The notes beneath the pieces were generated by a model, which was not told the origin of the DNA, did no database searches, and saw only the letters and a list, made by a program, of their open reading frames with translations. The position numbers were made by a program, and so were the translations under genes. From Nostoc punctiforme PCC 73102 (lineage in GTDB: Bacteria; Cyanobacteriota; Cyanobacteriia; Cyanobacteriales; Nostocaceae): a stretch of 32,000 bases of DNA. Below, in pieces: positions 1 to 7,417 of this stretch; the stretch's first letter is position 1; each line of letters begins with the position of its first letter. The stretch is from contig NC_010628.1 of assembly GCF_000020025.1 (NCBI RefSeq), positions 1,530,001-1,562,000 of the forward strand. Direction: 5' to 3'.

Positions 1-654
1 AGCTCTCCAAGAGTTATTTACCTTTGGTAAAGGGCGGATAAAATTTAGATTTACCCAATTGGGAATGCAGGCAATTTTATTAGCAGGTACACCTTTATTT
101 ATGAGATTATCTACAAAGCCATCGGCAATGACGCTAATGGTATGTGCAGTTCGGTAAGCAAATTTCTCTAAAGCTTCCAAAGCTTGAATCATCAACTTAT
201 TCTTAATTAGACCAACACGTACACCAGCTTCCGGGAGGATATCTTGCACATTCAGCACTACTGGGCAGTTGTATAGCCAACCTATCAAAGTTGCAGGTAA
301 ACAAACTAGTAGCGGTGGTATTGTTAAGAGAATTACATCAGGTCGCTCGCCCTTGAGGGCTTGTGGCAAACTTGTAAAGACAAAGCTCAACTCTAGCAGT
401 AGTCGGTCTATAAGGTTGGGTTTAGATTTAATCCGCAGGTAACTACGCTGAATTTTGACACCATTTTTCTGTTCAGTAACGTATAATTTACCCCGATAGC
501 GATCGTAAATCTGGCGCTGAGGATAGTTAGGCATACCTGTAATTACCCGCACTTGATGCCCTCGCTTCACTAGGCCTTCTGCTAGTTCAGTCATCAAAGG
601 TGCAATACCAATTGGTTCTGGATGATAGTTGTATGAATAAATCAGAATTTGCAT
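1..654 (-). CDS. Glycosyltransferase family 4 (WcaI-like), N-terminal 218 codons; the gene runs off the left edge
   Basis: Absent from the supplied ORF track because there is no stop in the window. Manual minus-strand translation from the ATG at 654..652 gives MQILIYSYNYHPEPIGIAPLMTELAEGLVKRGHQVRVITGMPNYPQRQIYDRYRGKLYVTEQKNGVKIQRSYLRIK... and stays open to position 1. This is a typical GT-B/GT4 N-terminal domain. A glycosyltransferase directly follows scyF in the N. punctiforme scytonemin locus (recalled as NpR1270). Confidence 0.8.
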   Translation of the reverse strand, partial: MQILIYSYNYHPEPIGIAPLMTELAEGLVKRGHQVRVITGMPNYPQRQIYDRYRGKLYVTEQKNGVKIQRSYLRIKSKPNLIDRLLLELSFVFTSLPQALKGERPDVILLTIPPLLVCLPATLIGWLYNCPVVLNVQDILPEAGVRVGLIKNKLMIQALEALEKFAYRTAHTISVIADGFVDNLINKGVPANKIACIPNWVNLNFIRPLPKVNNSWRA

Positions 655-824
655 GAACTGTTAATTTCCTGAAAGCACCTTAATAATGTTGGCTTTGTTG
701 TGTTAGTTTTTCCCTTGTTCGTAAGGTGAGCGCTGCCCACCTAGTGCTGTCAAAGTTAGTTTGGATTAGACTGTAAATTTCTATTCATTAACTAGTACTC
801 TATCAAGCGATCTTTGTAGTAAGC

Positions 825-898
825 ACTTTAGTCTTTAGAAAATAAAGACTAAAGTCCTTGCTAAGAACTTGCTTGAGTTGCATTGCAACTCAAGCAAG
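825..898 (-). other. Two adjacent perfect stem-loops just downstream of the scyF stop
   Basis: ACTTTAGTCTTTA (825-837) pairs with TAAAGACTAAAGT (843-855) across a GAAAA loop. CTTGCTTGAGTTGCA (868-882) pairs with TGCAACTCAAGCAAG (884-898). Neither is followed by a U-run on the minus strand, so they may be stabiliser or attenuator structures rather than a canonical terminator. Confidence 0.5.
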
Positions 899-907
899 CA
901 TTTCAAC

Positions 908-2104
908 TCAGCATTGCTTTTGCAGTTCTTTCTCTAAACTGAAGACTGGCTTTTGTTGTCCACGTTTCCGCAATGTGATGGTAGCAGCCCCAAGTCCAAG
1001 CAATGCTAAACCTAATGCTGAACCAGGTTCAGGTACTTGCTTTCTGCCCTCTACGTTTATTACTTGGACGCGACCTTGGAAGAAATCGCCCACGTAAAGC
1101 TTGCCATCTTTATAGCTTGTGCCACCCGTCCAGTTAAATCTGCCGGGGGTGAGGTCGAGGGGATTGCCAAAAGGAGGACCAGTTAATGCTGGAGGCGGTA
1201 CCGGATTACCTGATGCATCGCGGGCATTTTCACCGAAGGAAGTCAAGAAGTTACCATTTTTATCAAACACCTGTACGCGGCTGTTGATAGAATCAGCTAC
1301 ATAAACATTCTCTTGGTCGTCCACTTCGATGCCAATTGGCTGAAGAAGCTGTCCAGGTCCGCTACCTGCTGAACCAAATGCCAACAGAGGATTACCATTT
1401 GGATCGAGTACTTGAACGCGGTTGTTATACTGGTCAGCTACAAAGATATTTCCACTAACTGGGGAAATTCTTAAACCTGCTACACCTTGGAATTGCCCAG
1501 GTGCAGTGCCCAGAGTGCCACCAATGACACCAATTTGCTGTCCGTCTGGTGTGAATTTAAGGATTCTTTCGCCATTAAAATCACCGATGTACACGTTGCC
1601 AGTTTTGTCAAATGTCACACCAGATGGCCCAAAGAAAAGCCTACCCTCTACGAGAGGGGTAAATTCTCCATTTGCAAAGGATCTAATAAAGTTACCCTGA
1701 GAATCGAATTGATTGATGCGGTTGTTGTAAACATCACCTGCATACAAATCCCCTGTTACGGGATTAAAGTCTACAGTTGTTGGCTCGTCAAACTGTCCGG
1801 GCCCTGTGCCACCGGAGCCAATTGCCCCAATATACTGGCCGCTTGGACTAAATTTTTCAATTTTGTTACCGACGTTGTAGTTAGGAGTACCATCCGGGTT
1901 AACACCGCGTCCGTTAGCTATGAGCGTATTCCCTTGGCTATCCACCGTTATGCCTTGGGGAACAAAGAGTTCTCCAGGACCAAAGCCGGGGCTACCAATA
2001 CTTCTGTCGTAACTTAATGTTACAGCCTTGGCTTGGGCTGCTGTTGTCAACACTATGAATCCGGTACCGAGAATGCCGATTGACAAATTTTTGACTAATC
2101 CCAT
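908..2104 (-). CDS. scyF: ScyF: secreted NHL-repeat beta-propeller protein with a PEP-CTERM anchor
   Basis: 398 aa. N-terminal signal-like segment (LSIGILGTGFIVLTTAAQA). Repeated NHL-type units (GxFxxPxGIxVDxxGNxYVADxxNxRIQxF pattern, at least 6 copies). C-terminal VPEPGSALGLALLGLGAATITLRKRGQQ is PEP, then a TM segment, then a basic cluster. It is the sixth gene in scyA-F order. Confidence 0.85.
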   Translation of the reverse strand: MGLVKNLSIGILGTGFIVLTTAAQAKAVTLSYDRSIGSPGFGPGELFVPQGITVDSQGNTLIANGRGVNPDGTPNYNVGNKIEKFSPSGQYIGAIGSGGTGPGQFDEPTTVDFNPVTGDLYAGDVYNNRINQFDSQGNFIRSFANGEFTPLVEGRLFFGPSGVTFDKTGNVYIGDFNGERILKFTPDGQQIGVIGGTLGTAPGQFQGVAGLRISPVSGNIFVADQYNNRVQVLDPNGNPLLAFGSAGSGPGQLLQPIGIEVDDQENVYVADSINSRVQVFDKNGNFLTSFGENARDASGNPVPPPALTGPPFGNPLDLTPGRFNWTGGTSYKDGKLYVGDFFQGRVQVINVEGRKQVPEPGSALGLALLGLGAATITLRKRGQQKPVFSLEKELQKQC

Positions 2105-2188
2105 AAGTTTTAAGCCTTGGTTCTATGAGGTATACTCGTTCCTAGACTAATTTCGTTCCCAGTCCCAGTTTGGGAACCCTAAAATTTG

Positions 2189-2237
2189 GGCTGCTGCCTC
2201 TTGTTTGAAATGCAACTTTCTCTGTGAGGCAGCAGCC
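2189..2237 (-). other. Intercistronic stem-loop between scyE and scyF
   Basis: GGCTGCTGCCTC (2189-2200) and GAGGCAGCAGCC (2226-2237) form a perfect 12-bp inverted repeat with a 25-nt loop, 24 nt downstream of the scyE stop. CCCAGT CCCAGT STRR-like units lie just beside it (about 2157-2170). Confidence 0.5.
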
Positions 2238-2260
2238 TATTCTGTAAGCTTTACCAGGAA

Positions 2261-3559
2261 TTAGACAGTCTCTGCTTTCACTAATTCTTTGCTGCGTTTG
2301 CGCTTCAGCATTGAAGTTGCACCTAAAGCACCAGCTATTATCAGACCGATTGCAGAGGTAGGTTCGGGGACTTTGGTTACTCTCGGATCAATCTTGATAA
2401 CTTGTCCTGTGCCTGCAAGTCTGGCTCGGTTTGCGATATACAAATTACCATCAGGGCCATAAGTGATGCCAGAAGCGGCTTCTAATCCATCACCACTCCA
2501 GATAGTTTCACGAGTTCCATCGGTGGCTATTTTGATCAAAGAACCACTAATATCACCAGTGATAATACCGCCCTGTTGAATTTCTTTCCATTCAGAACTA
2601 TTGATGTGTTGCAAGGCGTACAAATTGCCGTCAGGGTCATAAGCTACGCCAGTCAGCTGTGTAAAGCCATCGGCGATAACGTTTGATTGCAAGGTGTTGG
2701 GGTCAACGTTAAAGATCCGCGCTTCACCTTCTGGATAAGGAAAATAAGTGTATTCGCTAACTGTTAAACTGCCATCTGGAGCGATCGCAATTCCAGTCGG
2801 TACTGATTGCTGGGTTACAGGAAGTGCAGATGGATCTACATCTGGCCCCAGATCGGGGAATTCAAGTTTATTTCTATCTATAACTTTCTGAGGAACTGCG
2901 GCTACATTCTTAATCCCACTGCCATCGAGTCCCACACTATATAAACTGTTTCCACCGCCATCAACTACGTAAGCAGTCTCGCCTTTAATGGCAAAGGCAT
3001 AAGGGTTAGAGATTATATCTGTACCATCAGGATTAAATGCAGTTTCGTATTTTCCAAAATCCGCAAGAGTTGTCAATCCACCAGTACTTAAGTCTACTTT
3101 GTATAATTTACCGAGGTCAGGCGATTTTAAAACGGTATCACGGTTGGTTGGATCGCCTGCAAGACCGGTCAAAAGATAAGCGTTACCGAGAGAATCAAAT
3201 TTGATATCCGCAGGGCCGGCTGCTTGTTCGCCAGAAGGCGATAATGCTAAAGAAGTTAGATTGGAAATAATACTTGTTTTTGTACCGTCCTGACCAATTT
3301 TGAGCAGGGAGCCATTTTGACCAGCACATAAAGGAATATACCCTGCGCTAGGAGATGCAATACATCTTCCATCTTTTCCGTCACCACCAGAACCACTTTC
3401 TGTAACATAAAGGTTGCCGCCAGAATCAAAGCCGATTCCGCGTGGATTACTAAGACCATCGGCAACTACTGTTAGGCTTGCAGCTTCGGCTGATTTTGGT
3501 GCAGAAACGGCAGCAATGCAAACAGTCAAAAGTGTAAGAGTAAGTGATTTGAGTTTCAT
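2261..3559 (-). CDS. scyE: ScyE: secreted beta-propeller-like protein, paralogue of ScyD, with a PEP-CTERM anchor
   Basis: 432 aa. Signal peptide MKLKSLTLTLLTVCIAAVSAPKSAEA. Shares blocks with the next ORF (ADGLxNPxG, GNLYVTExGxGG, FPYPEGEARIF, ADGFTQLTG..DGNLYALQ, IKIATDGTR, GPDGNLYIANR). C-terminal VPEPTSAIGLIIAGALGATSMLKRKRSK. Fifth gene of the scy order. Confidence 0.85.
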   Translation of the reverse strand: MKLKSLTLTLLTVCIAAVSAPKSAEAASLTVVADGLSNPRGIGFDSGGNLYVTESGSGGDGKDGRCIASPSAGYIPLCAGQNGSLLKIGQDGTKTSIISNLTSLALSPSGEQAAGPADIKFDSLGNAYLLTGLAGDPTNRDTVLKSPDLGKLYKVDLSTGGLTTLADFGKYETAFNPDGTDIISNPYAFAIKGETAYVVDGGGNSLYSVGLDGSGIKNVAAVPQKVIDRNKLEFPDLGPDVDPSALPVTQQSVPTGIAIAPDGSLTVSEYTYFPYPEGEARIFNVDPNTLQSNVIADGFTQLTGVAYDPDGNLYALQHINSSEWKEIQQGGIITGDISGSLIKIATDGTRETIWSGDGLEAASGITYGPDGNLYIANRARLAGTGQVIKIDPRVTKVPEPTSAIGLIIAGALGATSMLKRKRSKELVKAETV

Positions 3560-3656
3560 ACCTTTAGAAATTGAGAATTAAGTAAGTGGAAAACTTTATG
3601 GGTTTAAAGACAACGAATCCCAGCCTTTGAGGAACGTGCAATTGGTTTGAAACTCT

Positions 3657-4937
3657 TTAGTTGAGATTTATGGGAGGTGTGGGGATTCTCTTCTTGTGCA
3701 ACCAACCAACGCCCAAGGCTGCGATCGCTAATACGCCTAAAGTAGAATCAGGTTCAGGGATAGATTTGGTATTCTCAATTTTGAGAACTTGTCCAAATCC
3801 AGGGCGATCGCCTCGGTTTGTGACGTATACCGCACCATCAGCACCAATAGTCAAGGCGCTAGGCGACTCTAATCCATTGCCACTCAGCAGAGTTGTGCGA
3901 GTACCATCAGCAGCTATTTTGATGACAGAACCATCAAAATCACCCTTCCAAGCTGACTGATTGGCGTACTGCAAAGCATATAAATTGCCCTCAGTATCAA
4001 ATTCCAAGTCTGTGAGTTGGGTAAAACCATCGGCGAAGATTGTTGGTAAACCATCAGCACCAACTCGATAGATTTTTGCCCCACCTTCAGGGAAGGGAAA
4101 ACCAGTAAATTGGCTGACGTAATAAGCACCATCGGGGCCTTTGGTAACACTTGAGGGTACTGCTTGGGTTGCAAATTGCGCCGATCGCACTTCTTCACTT
4201 TGAGATGGCACTTGCGCCGGTTCGTTGGATGGAGTATCGGAGGGTGGGAAGACGGGATTAGCTAATATGTCTTCAGGGAATGTGGTAATAGCTTGCAGAT
4301 TTCTCCCGTCAGCATTAAAGCTGAGTAAGTCGTTTGCCCCTGCATCAACTGCAACTAACTTATTGCCATCTATGACAAAACCCAAGGGATTGCTACCGAC
4401 TTCACCACCATCGGGATTGTTGGCGAGTTCATAGTTAGCTAAATCGGCAACACTCGTCCACGAATTGGTTTTAAAGTTGGGAGCGATGATTTTGCCGAGG
4501 TCAGTGTTACCTAAATTGCGATCGCGAAAGGCTGGATTAGTCGCATACCCAATCAGAACATAAGGTTTCCCTGTAGCATCAAATTTAATATCACGAGGGC
4601 CTGCGGCTCCAGTGCCATCTGGTAATGCTAAGGAAGGAAGTCCTGTAAGTATGCGTTCGGTCTTACCATTCTCAACTTTGGTAACTGCTCCACTTGTGCC
4701 ATAGCATAGAGAATCGCCCTGACCACTTGCTGGTGGAACGCAAGCGCCACTTCCCCCTATTCCCGCCTCTGTAACATAGAGATTACCATCAGGACTAAAG
4801 CTCAGACCGCCGGCATTATATAAACCGTCGGCGATTACCGAAAATGAGGCAGCTGACGCAGCTTTCATTCCAGAAAAAGCGGCAACACAAAAAGTGAGGA
4901 TAGTAATAGTGAATGGCTTCAGTTTCATGTGTTGCAA
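3657..4937 (-). CDS. scyD: ScyD: secreted beta-propeller-like protein, paralogue of ScyE, with a PEP-CTERM anchor
   Basis: 426 aa. Signal peptide (KLKPFTITILTFCVAAFSGMKAASA). Has the same conserved blocks as ScyE. C-terminal IPEPDSTLGVLAIAALGVGWLHKKRIP. The true start could be the ATG three codons in (MKLK...). Confidence 0.85.
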   Translation of the reverse strand: MQHMKLKPFTITILTFCVAAFSGMKAASAASFSVIADGLYNAGGLSFSPDGNLYVTEAGIGGSGACVPPASGQGDSLCYGTSGAVTKVENGKTERILTGLPSLALPDGTGAAGPRDIKFDATGKPYVLIGYATNPAFRDRNLGNTDLGKIIAPNFKTNSWTSVADLANYELANNPDGGEVGSNPLGFVIDGNKLVAVDAGANDLLSFNADGRNLQAITTFPEDILANPVFPPSDTPSNEPAQVPSQSEEVRSAQFATQAVPSSVTKGPDGAYYVSQFTGFPFPEGGAKIYRVGADGLPTIFADGFTQLTDLEFDTEGNLYALQYANQSAWKGDFDGSVIKIAADGTRTTLLSGNGLESPSALTIGADGAVYVTNRGDRPGFGQVLKIENTKSIPEPDSTLGVLAIAALGVGWLHKKRIPTPPINLN

Positions 4938-4960
4938 GGAATTGAGGGAGGAGTTTTAAA

Positions 4961-5002
4961 CGCAAAGGGACGCAAAGGGAAGCGCAAAGTCACGCAGAGG
5001 TA
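4961..5002. repeat. Tandem approximately 10-bp repeat (CGCAAAGGGA family, 4 copies) filling the scyC-scyD spacer
   Basis: CGCAAAGGGA at 4961 and 4971 (exact), then the degenerate copies CGCAAAGTCA at 4983 and CGCAGAGGTA at 4993. The array abuts the scyC stop codon at 5003-5005. Confidence 0.7.
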
Positions 5003-5971
5003 TTAGTTGGGAACTAGGGATTCTTGAATTTTTGGCAGATAGCTCATTCCTCTGTCGAATGATTTGAGGTTGCCAGCTTTGGCTTCGAGTAAACGTTTGA
5101 TGTTCATGCTCTCAGCGCCAAAGTCTTCAATTTGAAGTTTGCCGTGGCTAACAGTTCCATCTGTTTTCCAGAATGTGATTCGATGCAGGATGAAACCAGA
5201 AGCTTCGGGGTCAGCGAAAGCATAAGCGGTTGGGATAAGTAACGCTACAGAACGCTGATAATATTCGTACTCTGGATAAAAATATTCTTGTTCAAGTAAA
5301 TAGTATTTACTCAAAGAATGAACTCTCACGGAAACTTTGACTTTTTGATCGTATTCATCTTTGAATTCACCTGATTCAGAAGTAATATCACCATTTGGGC
5401 GTAACAGATGCGCCCACTCATCTATGTTTTGTAAGTCTTTTAAGTATTCAATACCGATTTCAATTGGGGCATCAACATAAATGGTATCAGTATCGATAAA
5501 GTGGCTTCCTTTAGCTGCTGAGGTCAGACCAGCTTTGCGTTCCAAATTACCTTTGAGAGAACGACATTCAGAAGTGTGTACTGTATGAATCCCCTGCATA
5601 ATCATCTGAGTCTGCCGTTTTGGATCGACAAAGCTCAACCAGTGAAAATACACCCCTTTTTCATCTGTTCCTGGCTCGATGTAGTCGGTGGGAAACAGCA
5701 AAACAGGATAGACTTGAAAATATTTTTGATACTCTAATCCACAGTGCCATTCAATGCCATAGAAAAGCGGACTTTGGAGTTTTTTAACGTGATAATAGAG
5801 ATTTTTGTGATAACCCGATGCAGTTCCGAGCCAGGTATCTTCATCAATTTGCTCTTTCATCCGGCTATAAAGAGTCCATTCATCCAGGTTCTTTAAACTA
5901 CAAAGATATTCAAATGCACTCTCAGGTGAAGTAGCAATGTAAGCTGATGTTGCAAAAGTATTTTTTTCCAC
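5003..5971 (-). CDS. scyC: ScyC: scytonemin monomer cyclase/decarboxylase
   Basis: 322 aa with no general-purpose domain motif that I can see. Called from its position and tight spacing between the scyB-type dehydrogenase (25-nt gap) and scyD, and from a size matching ScyC of N. punctiforme. Confidence 0.75.
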   Translation of the reverse strand: MEKNTFATSAYIATSPESAFEYLCSLKNLDEWTLYSRMKEQIDEDTWLGTASGYHKNLYYHVKKLQSPLFYGIEWHCGLEYQKYFQVYPVLLFPTDYIEPGTDEKGVYFHWLSFVDPKRQTQMIMQGIHTVHTSECRSLKGNLERKAGLTSAAKGSHFIDTDTIYVDAPIEIGIEYLKDLQNIDEWAHLLRPNGDITSESGEFKDEYDQKVKVSVRVHSLSKYYLLEQEYFYPEYEYYQRSVALLIPTAYAFADPEASGFILHRITFWKTDGTVSHGKLQIEDFGAESMNIKRLLEAKAGNLKSFDRGMSYLPKIQESLVPN

Positions 5972-5996
5972 TTCTCACTCCTTAAGATAATAATAA

Positions 5997-7058
5997 TTAA
6001 GCTGCGATCGCTTTAGACTTGCTGCGCTTACTATTGCTGATGCGGTCTTCTGCTAATCGTTTAGCAGCATCGTTAGTAGTAACTCCTTGTTCTTTAGCAA
6101 TATCAAAAATTGCTAATAGCGTGTCATAAATGTTATGCACTTGTTTGAAAGCTTTTTCTTCGTCATAACCAATCATTTCGTTGTAGACGTTGATTAGACC
6201 TCCAGCATTAATTACATAATCTGGGCTGTAAAGAATCCCTTTCCTAGTGAGCATTTGACTATGTAATTGTTCATTCTCCAATTGATTATTAGCTGCACCA
6301 GCAATAATCTGAGCTTGGAGGAAAGGAATCGTATGACTGTTAAGAATTCCTCCCAGAGCGCAAGGAGAAAAGATATCTACATCAAGAGAGTAAATTTCAG
6401 TAGGTTCTACAACAGTTGCGCCAAAAAGCCGTTTTGCTTCTTCCGCTTTTGCTGGATCTACATCGCTAACAAAAAGCTTGACATCATGCTCATGTAAGTG
6501 GCGACAGAGATTTTTCCCGACATTACCTAAGCCTTGAACTGCAACTTTCATCCCATCAAGTCTTTTGCTCTGCCAACGAGACTCTACAGCAGCTTTAATT
6601 CCTAGAAAAACTCCTAATGATGTGATGGGAGCAGGCCCACCAGATTTTTCTGAGACTCCAACAACATGGTTAGTTTCTTGGCTGATTGTTCGGACATCAT
6701 CAGGGGTAATATTGACATCTTGTCCAGTGATAAAACGCCCATTGAGGCTGTTAACAAAACGTCCGTAGGCTCTCAACAGATCATCTGTTTTATTTTCAGG
6801 ATTAGCAATAATAACTGCTTTGCCACCACCAGCTGGAATGTTTGCACAAGCAGCTTTATAAGTCATGCCCCGACTGAGACGAAGTGCATCTTTTAAAGCA
6901 GCTTCTTCGTTGACATAAGGCATGAGTCTTGTAGCTCCCATTGCTGGGCCCAAGGTCGTGTCATGGATGGCAATAATTGCCTTAATTTCGGGATTTTTAC
7001 CATGACAAAAAAGAACTTGTTCGTGACCCATTTCTCTAACAGTTTCAAATAGCAGCAT
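5997..7058 (-). CDS. scyB: ScyB: Leu/Glu/Phe dehydrogenase-family enzyme (tryptophan oxidative deaminase of the scytonemin pathway)
   Basis: 353 aa. ELFV dehydrogenase hallmarks: the PAGGGKAVI catalytic-Lys region and the Rossmann motif VAVQGLGNVGKNL. Immediately downstream of the ThDP enzyme. Confidence 0.9.
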   Translation of the reverse strand: MLLFETVREMGHEQVLFCHGKNPEIKAIIAIHDTTLGPAMGATRLMPYVNEEAALKDALRLSRGMTYKAACANIPAGGGKAVIIANPENKTDDLLRAYGRFVNSLNGRFITGQDVNITPDDVRTISQETNHVVGVSEKSGGPAPITSLGVFLGIKAAVESRWQSKRLDGMKVAVQGLGNVGKNLCRHLHEHDVKLFVSDVDPAKAEEAKRLFGATVVEPTEIYSLDVDIFSPCALGGILNSHTIPFLQAQIIAGAANNQLENEQLHSQMLTRKGILYSPDYVINAGGLINVYNEMIGYDEEKAFKQVHNIYDTLLAIFDIAKEQGVTTNDAAKRLAEDRISNSKRSKSKAIAA

Positions 7059-7223
7059 TTTGACCTCTCGATATTGTTTGGTATTGGTTAGAGAAAGTAA
7101 TTAGCATTACAAAATGTAAAGATATAGACACAAAAACAGGCTGAAATATTAAGATTGAGTGAAGTCAAAAAGTAAATATTTGAAGTTCCAGTTTGGTAAA
7201 TGTAGTTATTGGCTGGAATAAGA

Positions 7224-7351
7224 GAACGAACCACAAAGGGCGCAGAGAGCGCGAAGGTAAGAGAGTTGTAAAGGGTTTTTGCATCAGCATCGTGAAATTT
7301 TGGAAGATTGGGATGCTCGTGTGTTTTAGTCTCTTCTTTTGCGGTTCGTTC
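7224..7351. repeat. Inverted repeat pair inside the 359-bp scyA-scyB spacer
   Basis: GAACGAACCACAAA (7224-7237) matches the reverse complement of TTTGCGGTTCGTTC (7338-7351) at 13 of 14 positions, with about 100 nt between the arms. This could be a long-range RNA stem or a MITE-like remnant. Confidence 0.45.
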
Positions 7352-7417
7352 AAAAAATCTTCGAGTCGGAAGAGAGTAGTGTCTATAAGAATCTGATTCG
7401 ATTCCCAGCTTTTAAAA

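Noticed and set aside
882-893. The 12-mer ATTGCAACTCAA is shared between 882-893 and 22919-22930. The 13-mer GCTGTACTGGCTA is shared between 15611-15623 and 27049-27061.
   Set aside because: Roughly a dozen exact 13-mer coincidences are expected by chance across both strands of a 32 kb window. There is no extended similarity around them.
858-2017. Plus-strand ORFs 858-1097, 1119-1304, 1422-1700 and 1487-2017, antisense to scyF
   Set aside because: They are shadow ORFs inside a well-supported NHL-repeat gene. Their translations are low-complexity or Cys/Pro-rich with no motifs.
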